A stretch of 64,000 nt of DNA. Source: Octopus bimaculoides (Eukaryota). Made by a program: the position numbers and the translations under genes. The stretch is taken from NCBI RefSeq assembly GCF_001194135.2, contig NC_068987.1, positions 28,226,135-28,290,134 of the forward strand, read 5' to 3'. Below, piece after piece: positions 13,741 to 28,044 of this stretch (the first letter of the stretch is position 1; each line of letters opens with the position of its first letter). Under the pieces are notes generated by a model. That model searched no databases, had not been told where the DNA came from, and saw only the letters and a list, made by a program, of their open reading frames with translations.

Positions 13741-14501
13741 CGCTCATTATAAACATCAATGTTATTGTTTCCTTAGATTTAATCAGTCACATCACGTACT
13801 CACGTAAGGTTTATTCTCTTGTTTAGGAATATGAATATTTCAATACTGCATTGTATCATGATCATTTATTGAGTTTCTATTTTCCTCCAAATTTTATATT
13901 TTTGTTCTTTATTGTATAATTTTTATTGAAATATTGGTATTTTTATGGGCTAGGCAGCGACAGTGCACAATTTGGAAAGAAAGTAGGAAATGTTGTGATG
14001 TTCAAGCATTTTCAGATTCTATAAAGATGCATAAAGTCGCACGAGCTAAAAGAAAATGAATATAACTCCCATTCGTCTAGCTCGGTGCTTAACTCATTCA
14101 CTAAATATCCAGCTATTTCTAAAGTGAAATAACCCCAGCTTCGAGATGATGAAGAACATCGAGTTTTAGAAGGAAATGAAATATACGTAGGTAGAACACA
14201 ATTAACAGCAGTGTGATTTGAATTAAGAATATCTATAGACACGACTAAGTGGGAAAAAACCTACTTCTTCAACATTTTTGAGAACAATGCCCTAGTTTTA
14301 CTGAACAAAAAGAGCGTGTGCATTGAAATGAGATTATAATTTTTGAGACTGTTGATCACATATCGAGCAATTGAATATTTTCAATACTTTCCTCTCCTTT
14401 CATTTTCGAGCTATCGTCGTTATTAAACACCACACACACACACAGACATGTATATTTGTGTGCATATATGTATATATCAATTTATATATTATGTATATGT
14501 T

Positions 14502-14543
<42 letters not shown>

Positions 14544-15880
14544 CATATAAAGATGTGTGTGTGTGTGTGTTACTCATTCAAAATTGTATTCAAAGTAGGA
14601 CAGCATATTTTAAAACAAGAAAACTAACCATATCCACTAGATCACTGATATATGTATACATGCATGAGAACGATATCTCATCACTTTGTGTAGATACAGA
14701 TTCTGGAATGAGAGCATAAACAATTGAATCGACCAGAGTACTTGAGATGAACTTAATTTTTCCAATACCCGAAGGATAAACGACGAAGTTGAACTCAATG
14801 TATATGAATTTGTAAGTTATGTATAGTGTGTATTTACTGAAACGCATCTGCTAACCCAGTGCTCTTTACTAATGTAACTTTTGATTTCTAATAAAGATCA
14901 AAGCCGAAATGGTTAGCAAGGAGTACAGTACAATATATTCCATCCTTCTACTTGAGTGTATTTATTTAATGACTTCGGATGGTAAAAGTCAGATAAATAA
15001 ATGCTGCACACATTTGTCTATCCATTCTACAATTTTAATGCTAACGATGTGTTCGATGAGTATGGAAAATTATAATCGTATTAACAAAAACTCATTTCAG
15101 ATATTAATACTTTAGATACGTATTTTAACAATTTTATTATTCATTGAAATTACAAGAGAAAATAAACAAGGTTATTTCACTCTACAAAATTCAGCAAACT
15201 TTTACATAGTACATTATAGTTTCTGCAGAGTAAAACATATAGACAGTTGTTTATAGTGTAACAAGTGAAGAATATCAATTAATTTGCTAGTTCTGAACTA
15301 ATACAGTTTTTTTAGGTAAATGATGGTTATTTAGCTGGAAAACAAAAGCATAAGAATACTAAAAGTTAAATTTACATCTTCTACTGAAAACGGTCATTGA
15401 AATTCAGACGAAAAAAGACTGCAACAAATGATAACCATCATATTTTAATATTTGTATTTGCTTCACATGTACGCTGTCTACCATAAAGTTTGATTAATTT
15501 TAATATTCAAGTGTACTTATCTTTCCTTTGAAACGTGGTTGATGTTCTAAAGTTCTACTTATATATATATATATCTTTATGTGCTATCTTTTATCTTTTA
15601 ATCGCTTCAGTCAGTAAACTTCGGCCATACTTAGGTGCCACTTAACAGAACTTTAGTCGAACAGATCTCTCCCACTACTTATTTTTTAAAGTCTGTGTCT
15701 TATTCCCTCCTTCTCTTTTGGCGAATCGCTAAGTCACTAGAATGCAAACAGACCAACACTGATTGTCAAGTGGTGGTGGAGTACAAACACAGAGACTTGC
15801 ACACACACTCACGCACACACACACACATACACACGCTCGCGCACTCACACACGCACGCACAAACACATATTGTATCTTAG

Positions 15881-16290
15881 ACTCTGTACCGAAAGCACAG
15901 CAACCAGCTTGACGCGATTTATATGCGATGCTTGCGTACTATCTCCATCATAAAACCGAGCGGTCATATTCATAACAGTGACGTACTAACATATCAGGTT
16001 TTGAAGCCATTCTCATCAAAATACAGCTTAGATGATCAAGTCACCTCTCACATATGAGTGATGTCAGAATTCCGAAGTAACCTCTCTTGGGCTAATTCCC
16101 GACAGGTAGATCAGTTGGAAGACCACTCTTGCACTTCAGACACAAACTAAGAGACAATCTGAAGCGATGCGACATTCCCTTTTCTCTCTTCAGGGCAAAA
16201 GTTTGAGCCAAGTGGACTCCAATCTTGGGACCAACTTCGTGCAAGCGTGAAATCACGCTGCCAAAGCGCTGCTCCTCTAAATAGAAACCT
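15881..16290 (+). mobile_element. RTE-clade LINE 3' fragment (5'-truncated, decayed)
   Basis: Translates across a frameshift to TLYRKHSNQLDAIYMRCLRTISII...EAILIKIQLR*SSHLSHMSDVRIPK*PLLG*...RSVGRPLLHFRHKLRDNLKRCDI. This matches the RTE C-terminal pattern QLRWAGHVxRMxDxRIPK...GRPxLRFKDxLK. Confidence 0.85.
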
Positions 16291-16542
16291 TACTTTTCAT
16301 TGTGGTTTTGTGGCACGAAGCAAAACAGTCTTTGCTGTCCACTCAAGAAAACACAACAATAAATTATCCGCACACACACACAAAGGGAAGTGAGTACTCA
16401 ACTCGTTCCATTTGCCAAATGTTTGCAAGGCGCCAGTAGGCCTCAAGAGATACATTCGTGTCCATAAAATATGATTACCACTTTATCTTACTGAACACTC
16501 GTTTCTCGCTCATGATGAGAGAATCCTTCATATATACACATA

Positions 16543-16658
16543 TACGACTAGTTTCTTTCAGTTTCCGTCCCCTAAAGCCACTCACAAGTCTTTGCTTGGC
16601 TAACTTTAGTGTAAAAGGTATTTGCTGAAGCCAAATGTGTCACGCAGTGGGACTAAAC
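16543..16658 (-). mobile_element. SINE family B head fragment
   Basis: Reverse complement resembles 39720-39830 (CCCACTGCGTG...GGAAACTGAAAG). Confidence 0.6.
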
Positions 16659-17550
16659 AATGAAATTAAGAAGCAAACTTCTTACCACGAAGCAGCATCT
16701 CTGGCATTTCCAAAAATCAGGTTTTGCGCTGTTCGATCGTCCGAATTTCCCTCCAAACAAATTAATGAGTAAGTGGTTGAGTATTCCACAGACAACTGTA
16801 CTCTTAACCAAATTCTGAGAAAGAATCAACATGGCGCAGTTTGTGAAAAATCTGTGCTTTTGAATTACAGGCAAAACTTTCAATGGTCTTCCCTAAATAT
16901 TCTGCTCACTGTCAAGGGTTGTTTCAAGGTTATGACAAATTTAGACTTATAAAATAAAAGAGGATTATTTAAACACTTGTATTTCTGCGTCCACACATGC
17001 ACTCATAGATACACACGCATACACATATTTATACATATATATATATACATATATATGCGCATATTTGTACGCACATACGCATATATTCAACGTGATGCAA
17101 CGCATGTGTCTATGTGTGCATGTATATGTATGCGTGTGTACGCCTGTCACGATTCGTGACAATAAATAGAACACATACAAACAATTCCAATTCCATCAAG
17201 AAATGCTGATTGATTAACGTTGATAAGGGAGAAACTGGACTAATTAGCACGCACACCTAGTTTGAAGAATAGCAATGTCAATATAAGAAATGCTACCAAC
17301 TTTCACCTTTCCTCAATGGAACAATAGTAATACTGAAGCTATTTGGTTCAATAGCATCAATGACAAAAAAATTTCTGAGTTTACACAGTTCGAATTATTT
17401 GTGCCCTATCCTCGATTATCTTCCAGTCCAATTTTACTCACAAGTGCTTTGAATTATGTTAAGAAATATCATATACTAAACCCCTATATATACCATGGAA
17501 ATGGTATATATATGAAAATAATGTCTTTAAGGAGAAGAAAAATATTGGCA

Positions 17551-17766
17551 TCAAATTGTGACACAAACAAGCCAAGAATTTTGGGGGAGAGGGTAAGTCG
17601 TTTATATCGATCCCTGGTACTCAACTGGTATTGTTTTTATCGACCCCGAAAGAATGAAAGGCAATGTCGACCTCAGCGAAATTTGAACTCAGAAAGTAAA
17701 GACGGACGAAATTCCGCTAAGCATTTTGCCTGGCGTACGAAAGATACCCACAGCTCGCTGCCTTAA
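17551..17766 (-). mobile_element. SINE family A copy
   Basis: Reverse complement aligns with the + copies at 27229 and 28081 (GAGCTG...AAATGCTTAGCGG...TTCTGAGTTCAAATT...GAGGTCGAC...CGGGGTCGATAAA). Confidence 0.9.
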
Positions 17767-20700
17767 GAGGAAGAAGAATATTAATGTAGCATTTGAGAAA
17801 TATCCGACCATTGCATTGTGACAAAGTATCAAACTTTTACTATATACAGTTTAATATTACGACGAATTACATAAATGTTGAAAAGATTAATTTCAATGAA
17901 TTATCTCTTAGAATTACGAAATATACAAACATGAGCATTATGAAGTGAAATCTACAGACGTCAAGATATGAACCGTAAACTAAAGAGCTCATGTATATTT
18001 ATAATTTCAATCACCGTACACCAATATTTAAAATGTAGTAAACAAAACAAGAAACCTAATTTTTGCGCATGGTCGAATGAAATAATTTTTGATAAAGTTA
18101 TCAATAATTCTTGAGATATTTGGAGAAAAATTGAGTCAGATAAATCTCACTTTCATTCAGAAATTTACAAAACGTTTTATTCAAAAAAGATGATGAAAAT
18201 TCATCTGATTGCTTCCACCTCACTTATCGAAACACACACACACACGCACACATAAACTCTACTTTGTCAATCATAAATATCAGAATTTCTTCAAAATTAC
18301 CAACATTGAAATTTGATTAATTTATTCCACTAATATTAGGAAAATTTTATGAAATCAATCTGCTGATACAACTGCCGAATTTCAGCTATGTTTCCTCAAA
18401 GAATTATTAATGTACAACGCAAACGTGAGTTTCGCTTTAAAAGTAATATTTTAACTAAACTCAAATTGACAAAGCAGAAGGGAAAATTAAATAACAGAAC
18501 TGGTATGTTACAGCACATTCTTGTTATGCCTAGAAATTAAAGGATAACTATATAGGCAACTTCAAAATCTGTTGGGAAATCATGTGCAGCAGTAGATCAT
18601 AGTCTAACATATATCTCTATTACAGAAAATTTCTTACATTAAATAGTGTAATGAACTCAAACAACTATGTAAACAAAAGGTTCAAAATGTTTCAACAGTG
18701 CAGTAATTTAAATAAATCATAACCGGTTAATTGAAATTAGGTTTGCTGCAGATTTTACTGGATGTTTAAACACGTACATGACGTCTGTAATTTATTCTTG
18801 TGTTCAGTGCACTTATTCGCTTTGTGATACTATGTCTTCCGTACTTAATTAAGAATGACTTAAGGATGATGGTAGTCGATCTTAACTCCACTTGCAAAAT
18901 TTACTCTTCCACGCAAAATATATATATTTGAGAAGTGTGTGAATACATTTTAATGAAAAGGTTAACACTGGAACGTATTCTGTTTTTTTTTTCAATAATT
19001 CATGGACAGACTCAGTCCCAGACGCATGCGCACGAAAATAATTATAGATATATATATGTATATACTTGGATGCTTTCCCGTGTTTCCCAGTATATACGAA
19101 CATACATACTTATATCTTATATATATTTGTGCGTGTGTGTCTGTGTCTGCTGGTGTATGTGTATATATGGATATATATACATATACACATATTTGGGTAT
19201 ATATATATATATATATATATACATTTTATATGCATATGTATGTGTGTGGAGATATATATATATATATATATATACATATATANNNNNNNNNNNNNNNNNN
19301 NNNNNNNNNNNNNNNNNNNNNNNNNNNNNNNNNNNNNNNNNNNNNNNNNNNNNNNNNNNNNNNNNNNNNNNNNNNNNNNNNNNNNNNNNNNNNNNNNNNN
19401 NNNNNNNNNNNNNNNNNNNNNNNNNNNNNNNNNNNNNNNNNNNNNNNNNNNNNNNNNNNNNNNNNNNAAGAAGGGAATTTTATATTCCGAAATATTATAT
19501 CAGACTATAATTAAATTATAACAATTGTTATATTATAGTCCACTCTGCATTGTTGTGTTATTCAAGACAAGTTATATTTCCATCACTCACTCGCGCGCGC
19601 GCACCCTCCCCCACAGAGAGAGACAGACAGATAGACATAAAAAAATCGATTAGGCACCGTTAGAATTACAATGTTATATTTCACAGTCTGATTGAAAATG
19701 TTATTTTCTACAGTTTTAATGTCTGAAACAATAACAGAAGAGATAAGCACATATTTTACGTCTTACACAGTTCATTTTCCACAAATAATAATACATGACT
19801 AATTACAAGATCACTTCATGTTAAAATGGATTAATTGTACTTGGATTATTTAAGAAGATTAAATATACCGTATGACATTCTTTTGAAGCATTAAATATGT
19901 CGACACAGTGATGGACTAGCTTGGTGATACATAGCTTTACTGAAGCTTTTGAATTTATTCAGGACTGAGTTGCGAAAACTGACGGGCCATGGTTCAGTGC
20001 ACTATATCTGACATATTTTGAAGTACTCGTTATCCAAATTTAAGTGGATGTCGGAGAGGATAACGTTGTGTACTTGAGTCTCATTGGTACGAATACGTAT
20101 ATTCCATGTCAGTCTATTGTAGAAACAGGTGTATTTCTTTATACAACGAATGCTAATTTCTCTCTCTCTCTTTATCTATCTATATATCTATCTATCTAAA
20201 TCTATATCTATCTATCTATCTATCTATCTAAATCTATATCTATCTATCTATCTATCTATGTGTGTGTATATATGCGTGTTTGTGTGTGTGTGAAATACAA
20301 GGTTAAAACTTAAGGTTAAGCAAATACGTATTAAACAGTATCGAAACTTCATTTCAGAGTAAGTCCCAGGTCATGTGTCCGATGAGCACGTTCCGCACTT
20401 ATGTCTATCAGCCATTATCAGCGATACCTAGCAAACATCGTTGTAATAATCCCCGGAATTCCAGGATGGACGTCGGGTATATATTAAAGATAAAAAGAGA
20501 AGATGGAATGTACCAACAAAGCAATTTATATTACCACAACAATTGTTTCATCTTCAAGATACAGTACTTTTGGTTGTGGAACGATGCAATAACACCGCCT
20601 GCAACGCACAGTACATAGAAGACTCCTTAGGCGAGATAATAAGGTGTTGGCGCGTAGGCGTGTTTCTTTATGTGTGTATAGCTGTGTGCGTGTGCGATAG

Positions 20701-21408
20701 ACTGACATACATATATGTGGTGGTGTGTGCTGGCATGTGCCCACCAGTATAATTATTAATCTCTGTGTCTATAAGTCTTTGCATTGATTTAAACGTATGA
20801 ATATGCGCATCTGTTTGTCTGTTCGTCTGTCTAACTTTTAAAATCTCTCAGTTTAAAACCTTATTCCACCTGAGGAGTATTCTATGCTTTTGGTGCATGA
20901 GTTGCATTTGGTGTTATAGCGTCTTTCCATGCCCATAAGGGAAAAGTGCATCTTGAAGATGAAGCAATTGTTATGGTAATATTAATGTTTTGTTGGTACA
21001 TTCCGTCTTCTCTTTTTATCTTTAGTATATTTTATATAACTACTTGTAACATTCTATTCCTTCTAAACCAAATCATGTTAAATTAATCAAACCCTTTCAT
21101 CCCCAACATTTTTTTTAGTATCTCCCTTACACCGGAAAAAATCCCTGATTACCTTCCCCTATCTAGAACCCCATATGTTACACCATATCGAAGACATGTT
21201 ACGATACAGGTAGAGAAATTTGAAAAGAAAATACGAAACCGGTTATTTCTCCAAAAACAATGTTTCTATACTCAAAATTTTATAAAATGTTTCTAACATA
21301 ACGATTTAAATATATACTTTAACCATATAATACAAGCCTTCTGTAGTTCTTCAGTCTTTTTTATCTTTTATACATCCAACCACGTGCTTTCACATACGAA
21401 CTTTCTCA

Positions 21409-21444
<36 letters not shown>

Positions 21445-23964
21445 GGTACTGTACACACACGTTGTATTGAATTTATATTAAATGAAATTCTTATATCTAT
21501 CTATATCTATATACAAATATATGTGTGTGCGTGTGCCGCACGTTTGTGTGCATGTGTGTGTGTTTGTGAAATAATAAAGAATAAGTCAAATAAAAAATTA
21601 TATTGGTTTCTGAATTTATATTGTAATTTAAATTTTCAAACTCTTAATCAGCAAATTGTTGAAAATCAATAATTGTTATCCATAATTTCATTTTGCCCAC
21701 TAAATAAATAGTTTTCTTTTGAAATTTCTGTACGGAGAAATTTTTCTTTTAATTTTAGCTTTATTACTGATGCATATTATATGATTGTATAGACGGATTT
21801 AAAGGGTCCCAATAATTGTAATAAGTCATTAACTTGCGGATAAAGTGTTTTCCTTGATTCACTTTATAAAATATCACTAGAGAACCGCCTGTCAAGAGAA
21901 GATAGTATGTCATAAACTAAGGACCCAATGAAACTTCTAGGAAAATCCATTAAGACTTACAACTAATCTTGTAGTTTTTAATAAATATCATTAGCGTTAT
22001 CTGTTATCTGTAATTAAGTAGCGAAACATCTTAAAACATAACAAAGACTCTGGTATTTGGAGAAAACGATATAATTTATTTGTTTTCTTTTTAAGTTAGA
22101 AGATTGAGTTAAGCCACTTCAGTCTGAATAGCTTCGCCTAACGTATTGTTAGCTATAATTTTTATTACGTTAAAGGTCGATATCGCAGCAACTCTGCTTG
22201 GTCAAAGTTCCTATTATCAAGTTCTCACAATTTCCCAAAATTCAGCTGTCGCTTTCAAGTAGATTTTGATTAAGATTAGGTATCCTCTGTACAACACTGA
22301 AATTAATATTATTATAGAATACATAATCTTTTAATGCCTTTTCTTTTGGTGAAAATACTTTTCCAAATAACTTTAGATGAATAATGCCATCAGTTAACCA
22401 ATAATAAAAGTATTATTTTCCACAGCAAGTCTCGCAAGGACCAAGTGGATTAGGCAGTAAGTTTATATCCTACTAATATAGCATTATTATATATCTCGCG
22501 TATTGATATACGATTCTATTTACCTAAAGACTTATGCCAAACTAAAATCCTTTGATATTTGAGTCTATTCACCTGACGAATCAATCCTGCCTAATGCATA
22601 AGTTCTAGAACAATCTATCGACTCTGATGTAATATATATTGCAATATAAACGTCATACCAATATTGAAATTGTTATAGATATCTAAACTTTTTCAGGGAA
22701 CATTACACATTAGAACTGTCATTTCTTTTCCCTTTGATTTCAAAGTGAATATTTTTTCGGTCCATTGATTCCCTATGTTCTTTTATTCCTTACCATCTCC
22801 AACGACTGTCTTATAATGTGTTGTTGATATTGCAACGGTTTTCTTACCACAATTTCATGGTTTGTTAATTGCAGTCAGATTTTGGAATCATTGATTTGCA
22901 AATATATCAGTCGGGCAATCCTTGTATTTGAAACTTAAGAAAGCTACTATCTGAACAAACTAAAAACTGAAGTAAACCATATGTAAATTATTCCGGTTTT
23001 CCAAAAACAGGATGCAACACATTTCCTTTCTCACTTGAATTAATATAATGGCTACAAATTTATGTAATCGAGTCTCTAAATGATATTGTGAAACTTTACG
23101 TATTCTAAATAGAAAAAATACAAAAAATTGCTTTTCATTAAATTTTACATCTAAAATTAGATTTTAGATCTACGAATTTAGTTAGAAGCACAGAATGCTA
23201 TTTTTGCTAGTAACATGACAGTAGGCATTGTTAGATCCGATTACAAAACTTCGGCGCTTTCTTTTTCTAAGGCACTTTTATTCATGTACACACGGAAATG
23301 GTACTGACGTTAAGAGATGTCTCAGTGATATTGACAAACATAATTATCACTGACGAAAATCTAGATAGTGTGATTTGATTAATCGAGATAACATATATAC
23401 GACAAGATTAATAAGGTGGTTTATTATCGTCATGAGATCTTTTTTAGATTTATAGTTTTACCAAAATGTACAGCTATATTTACACACATATAAATATATA
23501 TATATATATAAATATAAATGCGTACATGTAAACTTATGCATATATATCTATGTTTCTATATGTCTAAAAATATACGCACGCAGATATTATATACATATAT
23601 TTATGCATATATATGTGTGTGGGTGGGTGAGTGTACATGTGTATAAGTCCATTTACTTATGTCTTCTTATTTTCCCAGAATAATAGTACCCCCCACCCAC
23701 AGTGTAAAGATAATTGCAATGTAAAGTTATGTCGCAGTACCATCAGTTTTCCATACAGTAAAGTAGCCGGAACCACTCATTAGAACATAAATATACATAC
23801 ATTTACAGTATTTTACATAACGTTTTGCGTATGTGGGCATATGATTTTCCTGGAAATATCTTTATATATTTGTATATATATATGTATAATATGTATTTAT
23901 GTATCTATACACACACATATACGTATTCATATGTAAATATACATACATGTTCATATATAATATA

Positions 23965-25227
23965 CAGGGTTTGGAGAAAATAATGGGAACACCTAGCATC
24001 ATAATTTTTAAATATCTATAAAACCATCAAAAGCTTCTATATTTTTATGTTTTTCCATTTATTTAAAGTGTTGCTTAATGTTTTGCTAAAATTGCTGTTT
24101 CTTTTCAGATATCATCAGAAAAAGGTAATTAAAATTCATTAAAGTGACAGATGTATCGGACTTTCAAACAGGTCAAATTGTTGGTGCTCCAATGGCAGGC
24201 ACTAGCGTAAAGAAAACAGCCAAAATGTTTGGTGTATCAAGAAGTACTGTCTCAAAAGTAATGACGGCCTTTGAGAAAGAGGGAACAACTTCCTCGTGGA
24301 AACAAAATTCCGGAAGAAAACCAAAATTTTTAGATAGGGACCGTCAGACTCTTACGTGCATTGTTAGAAAGGATCACAAACGTACAGCCCCCAAAATTAC
24401 TGCAGAGCTTAATGACCACCTCAGGAACCCAGTTTCCACAAAAACTGTTTGCTGGGAGCTGCACAAAGCCGGTTCACAGGAGGGATGCAATCAGAAAACC
24501 ACTACTTTCAGAAGCAGAAGTTGCAAAGCGTTAATAGTGGAGTAAATACCTACAGAAATTGTCCCGAGAGCAGTGAAAGAATGTTATTTTCACGGACGAG
24601 TCATCTTTTACCTTATTACCGACCACCGGCCGAATATGTGTGTGGAGACAGCCAAAAGAAGCATCTGACGCAGACTGTATTCTTCCAACTGTCAAACATG
24701 GAAGTGGATCTTGGATGATCTGGCGGTGTGGGCTATATCTTGAAAATCCGCTGGCCCAATGGTTTCCATTCATGGCAGAATTAATAGTCAAGACTATTTA
24801 AGCATTTTATCTTATCAAATTCATCCTATGGTTGAGGAACTGTTTCCGGGGGGGGGGGATCTTTCGGGATGATAATGCACCAATTTACCCAGCTAAAGTT
24901 GTTACTGAATGGCACAAGGAACCTTCTTGTGAAGTTGAACATCTTATCTGGCCACCACAGTCCCAATATTTCAATATTATTGAACATTTAGGGTTGCATT
25001 TTAGAAAACCAAGTATGGAGTGGATATTCTCCACCATCATCATCATCACTACAAGAACTGGAGACTGTTTTAGTTGAAGAATGGACAAAATTCCATTGGA
25101 AAGAATTTGTACGAGTCCATACCTCATAGAATTCAAGTTGTAATTACTTCCAAAGACGGACCTACCCGATATTAGAATAAATTTGTTTGAAATTTTAGGG
25201 TGTTTCCATTATTTTGTCCAACCCCTG
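23965..25227 (+). mobile_element. Full-length (1263 bp) Tc1/mariner-superfamily DNA transposon, DD36E type, inactivated
   Basis: 29-bp TIRs CAGGGTTTGGAGAAAATAATGGGAACACC (23965-23993) and 25199-25227 match at 26/29. TA dinucleotides flank both ends (23963-4, 25228-9). An internal transposase is present. Confidence 0.97.
24144..25175 (+). pseudogene. Tc1-like transposase pseudogene (HTH DNA-binding region plus DDE catalytic domain) with frameshifts and stops
   Basis: Reads SDFQTGQIVG...GVSRSTVSK...SGRKPK (paired-like HTH), AIRKPLL, VIFTDES (D at 24595), PTVKHGSGS, FRDDNAP (D at 24871), WPPQSQYFNIIEH (E at 24982), ending SIPHRIQVVITSKDGPTRY* at 25175. AATAAA follows the stop. Confidence 0.95.
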
Positions 25228-27228
25228 TATGTGTGTGAGCCTGTGCGTATGTTTACATTTGAAAATATTAACAACCTGAATAGGTGCTATGGCCGTGGAA
25301 TTTTGTACGATAAAGTTGGCTAGTAAAAGTCTTAAAATATACAACTACTTGAATGGATATAGAGAAGATAAGCTATTAAAGAACTGACGAGTGATTGCTC
25401 TGGGGATAAAATTCAAAATATAAACCGAATATCTATGATGGAATACTTCTGTGTTCAGTTATTTTAAATTTGTCAGTTTTTTTTTTCTTTTTCAATCATT
25501 AATCTACCTTCTACTTAACTACTCTACTACGTTACACACAGGCACAAACACACATCGGAATGTGTATGTGTGTTGTAAGTGTGTATACATTCATACATAC
25601 ATACATACATATGTGTCTGTGAGTGTAGTGTGTGTTTGTAGGTATGAATATAAATATCTGAAATTCACTTTTGACACATTCTATAAAATCTAAAATGTAA
25701 ACACTTTAACCCCTGAAGTACGGTTTTCTATTTTACTAAGTTAAGTGATATTTCCAGTTTGGATCACTAGCTTATTCCTTTAATAATTTTCAGCAATACA
25801 TTGTAAAATTTAATGTATTGTTCTAAGCCCGTATAAAATACTTCATGAACCTAGCTCACGTGAGTGATTTATCATAAGAATGATTTCAACTGAGATCCTG
25901 ACGTAAAAATTGCTTTGAGATTAATTATATTGTCGTTTCATTAATATTAACCTTCTCAACAGCAACCAAAAGATATTTTACTACATTTACAGCTCATAAG
26001 AATCCAAATGAATCGTCGGTTGGCTGGCTGTAATGATGAGCAGTGATTACCAATACTAGCGTTAAAATGTATTATTTAAAATGCCTTTCCTTCTGTCTTC
26101 TTTGACTCACGAGACATTTAATGTATACAATACTTCCTTGCAAATATCTTACATAACACTAGATTCTCAATATAACTGAGCATTGAGGTGCTTTGAAATG
26201 AAACTAATCGAATTTTTAAATTTATTTGTGATTTCCTAATTGAATGAGATATACTCAAACGCGACACATGACGGGATTATAACACAATCGAATACTGTAC
26301 GAGACACATTTAATCTAAATGGAGTATTTGCCCAGCAGCACAAATGCTGAATAATTAGCAAGAGAGGAAAACATAATTGTGTTGAAAACATTTAGATTTT
26401 ATCAGCGGCATGTGTTAAGTATTCTCTACATTTTTAGACAAGCAGGTACTTATTCGATGCATAAGCATGATACAAGTTTTAGTAAATAAGAAATGTACAC
26501 CAAAATATCTTAAACCATGAAATAAAACATAGTGAATGATTCAGTGAACACCTCTACTAGGTAAAATGTACGCAAAATCATATTTAATGAAAACACAGCA
26601 TCAACATTGAAAACAATTATTGCATAGTAGTGATACTTTTGCGATATGCTAGGAATGAACAATAAATACAATGTTGTCATTAATAAAATTCTTATTCACA
26701 GAACCATTTTTGTTGAGGAAGTATGCGTAACAGTGACTTTTACAAAGTAATTAGTCTCCTGACAAGAAGCCTGATTAACTGGGTCGAATTAGAATTAGAG
26801 CAGAGATGAGAAGAAATGCGGAATATTAAGTGCATTCTGGTGGTTGCTTTTCAGCATTTTCGGTTGTACGAAAACCACGAAGTTTTAGAGGTTTAGAAAG
26901 TTTAGAAATGAGGGAATGAATTCTTATGCGTGTTACGTGCAGTGTCTTTTACTTGTAAAACTGTACCTTGGAGATTTTTGTGTTGTGGATGATGGTTGTG
27001 TGCGATGTGTGGACAAATATATCGAATAATGTTGTATAGACCTTCCTAAAATATCTATAATATACAAAAGTAAAAAGTATTTTCAAAAATAGATATACAG
27101 AATAGAGTTAGCATAGCTGCAGTCAGATATATATGCGAAGAATCCGAAACCAAGAGAAAATACGTGCATAAGAATCAGAAGTGATGATGACTACAATGAC
27201 AGTCTGTAAAACAGACATATGCTATTCA

Positions 27229-27443
27229 CATGCGGAGAACTGGCAGAAACCTTAGCATGCCGGGCGAAATGTTTAGCGGTATTTCGTCTGTCTTTACGTT
27301 CTGAGTTAAAATTTCGCCGAGGTCGACTTTGCTTTCATCCTCTCGGGGTCGATAAATTAAGCACCTGTTGCGTACTGGAGTCGATCTAATCCATTGACCT
27401 CCTCTCCCCAAATTGTGGGCCTTGTGCCTATAGTAGAAAAGAT
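27229..27443 (+). mobile_element. SINE family A copy with 12-bp target-site duplication
   Basis: Family A body. ATATGCTATTCA lies at 27217-27228 and at 27444-27455. Confidence 0.92.
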
Positions 27444-27765
27444 ATATGCTATTCAATAAGTGGCAGAGACAGCAGATAAATTCAAAGGAAATGAGAGAAT
27501 AGAGTGAATGTAACTGGAAGTTTTTATTGCCTGTGTTCAGTTTACAGAAATGTGCGTTTGGATAAATTAGTAAGAAGATAGAATGAGTAAATATTAAACT
27601 ACTCACACAAACTGCAAATAAAATAGTAGGGTTATGTGCTTAAGAAATAGATATTTAATATTAGTGTGATATTAGGTGGTGATGTGACATGTCGAGGTCG
27701 GGTCCAAAACCTGATATTTATGCACCAGGAAAATAATGAACTGGTTGTCATCATCATGATCATTA

Positions 27766-27983
27766 TTAAGGTGGTGAGCTGGTAGAATCATTAGCACGCG
27801 GAGAAAAATGCTTAGAAGTATTTCATCCACCTTCACGTTCTGAGTTCCAGTTGCGCCGAGGTGGTTACCTTTGCATCTTATACGTTCGGAGTTAATAACA
27901 TAACTACCACTGGAACACTAGGATCGATGTAATCGACTCAAACTCTTCACTGAAGTTACTGGTATTGGGCAAAGATTTGAAAC

Positions 27984-27984
<1 letters not shown>
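27766..27984 (+). mobile_element. SINE family A copy (diverged), tail running into (ATT)n
   Basis: GGTGGTGAGCTGGTAGAATC...ACGTTCTGAGTT...TCGATGTAATCGACT...TTTGAAACC. Confidence 0.85.

Positions 27985-28044
<60 letters not shown>

Noticed and set aside
17145-17161. Perfect inverted repeat TGTCACGA-T-TCGTGACA
   Set aside because: An 8-bp arm at a fixed spacer is expected about once per 64 kb by chance.
19592-19603. (CG)n run as a Z-DNA or regulatory element
   Set aside because: Very short and embedded in a simple-repeat context.
20556-20645. Open exon-like segment DTVLLVVERCNNTACNAQYIEDSLGEIIR
   Set aside because: Weak acceptor and donor, and no recognisable protein.
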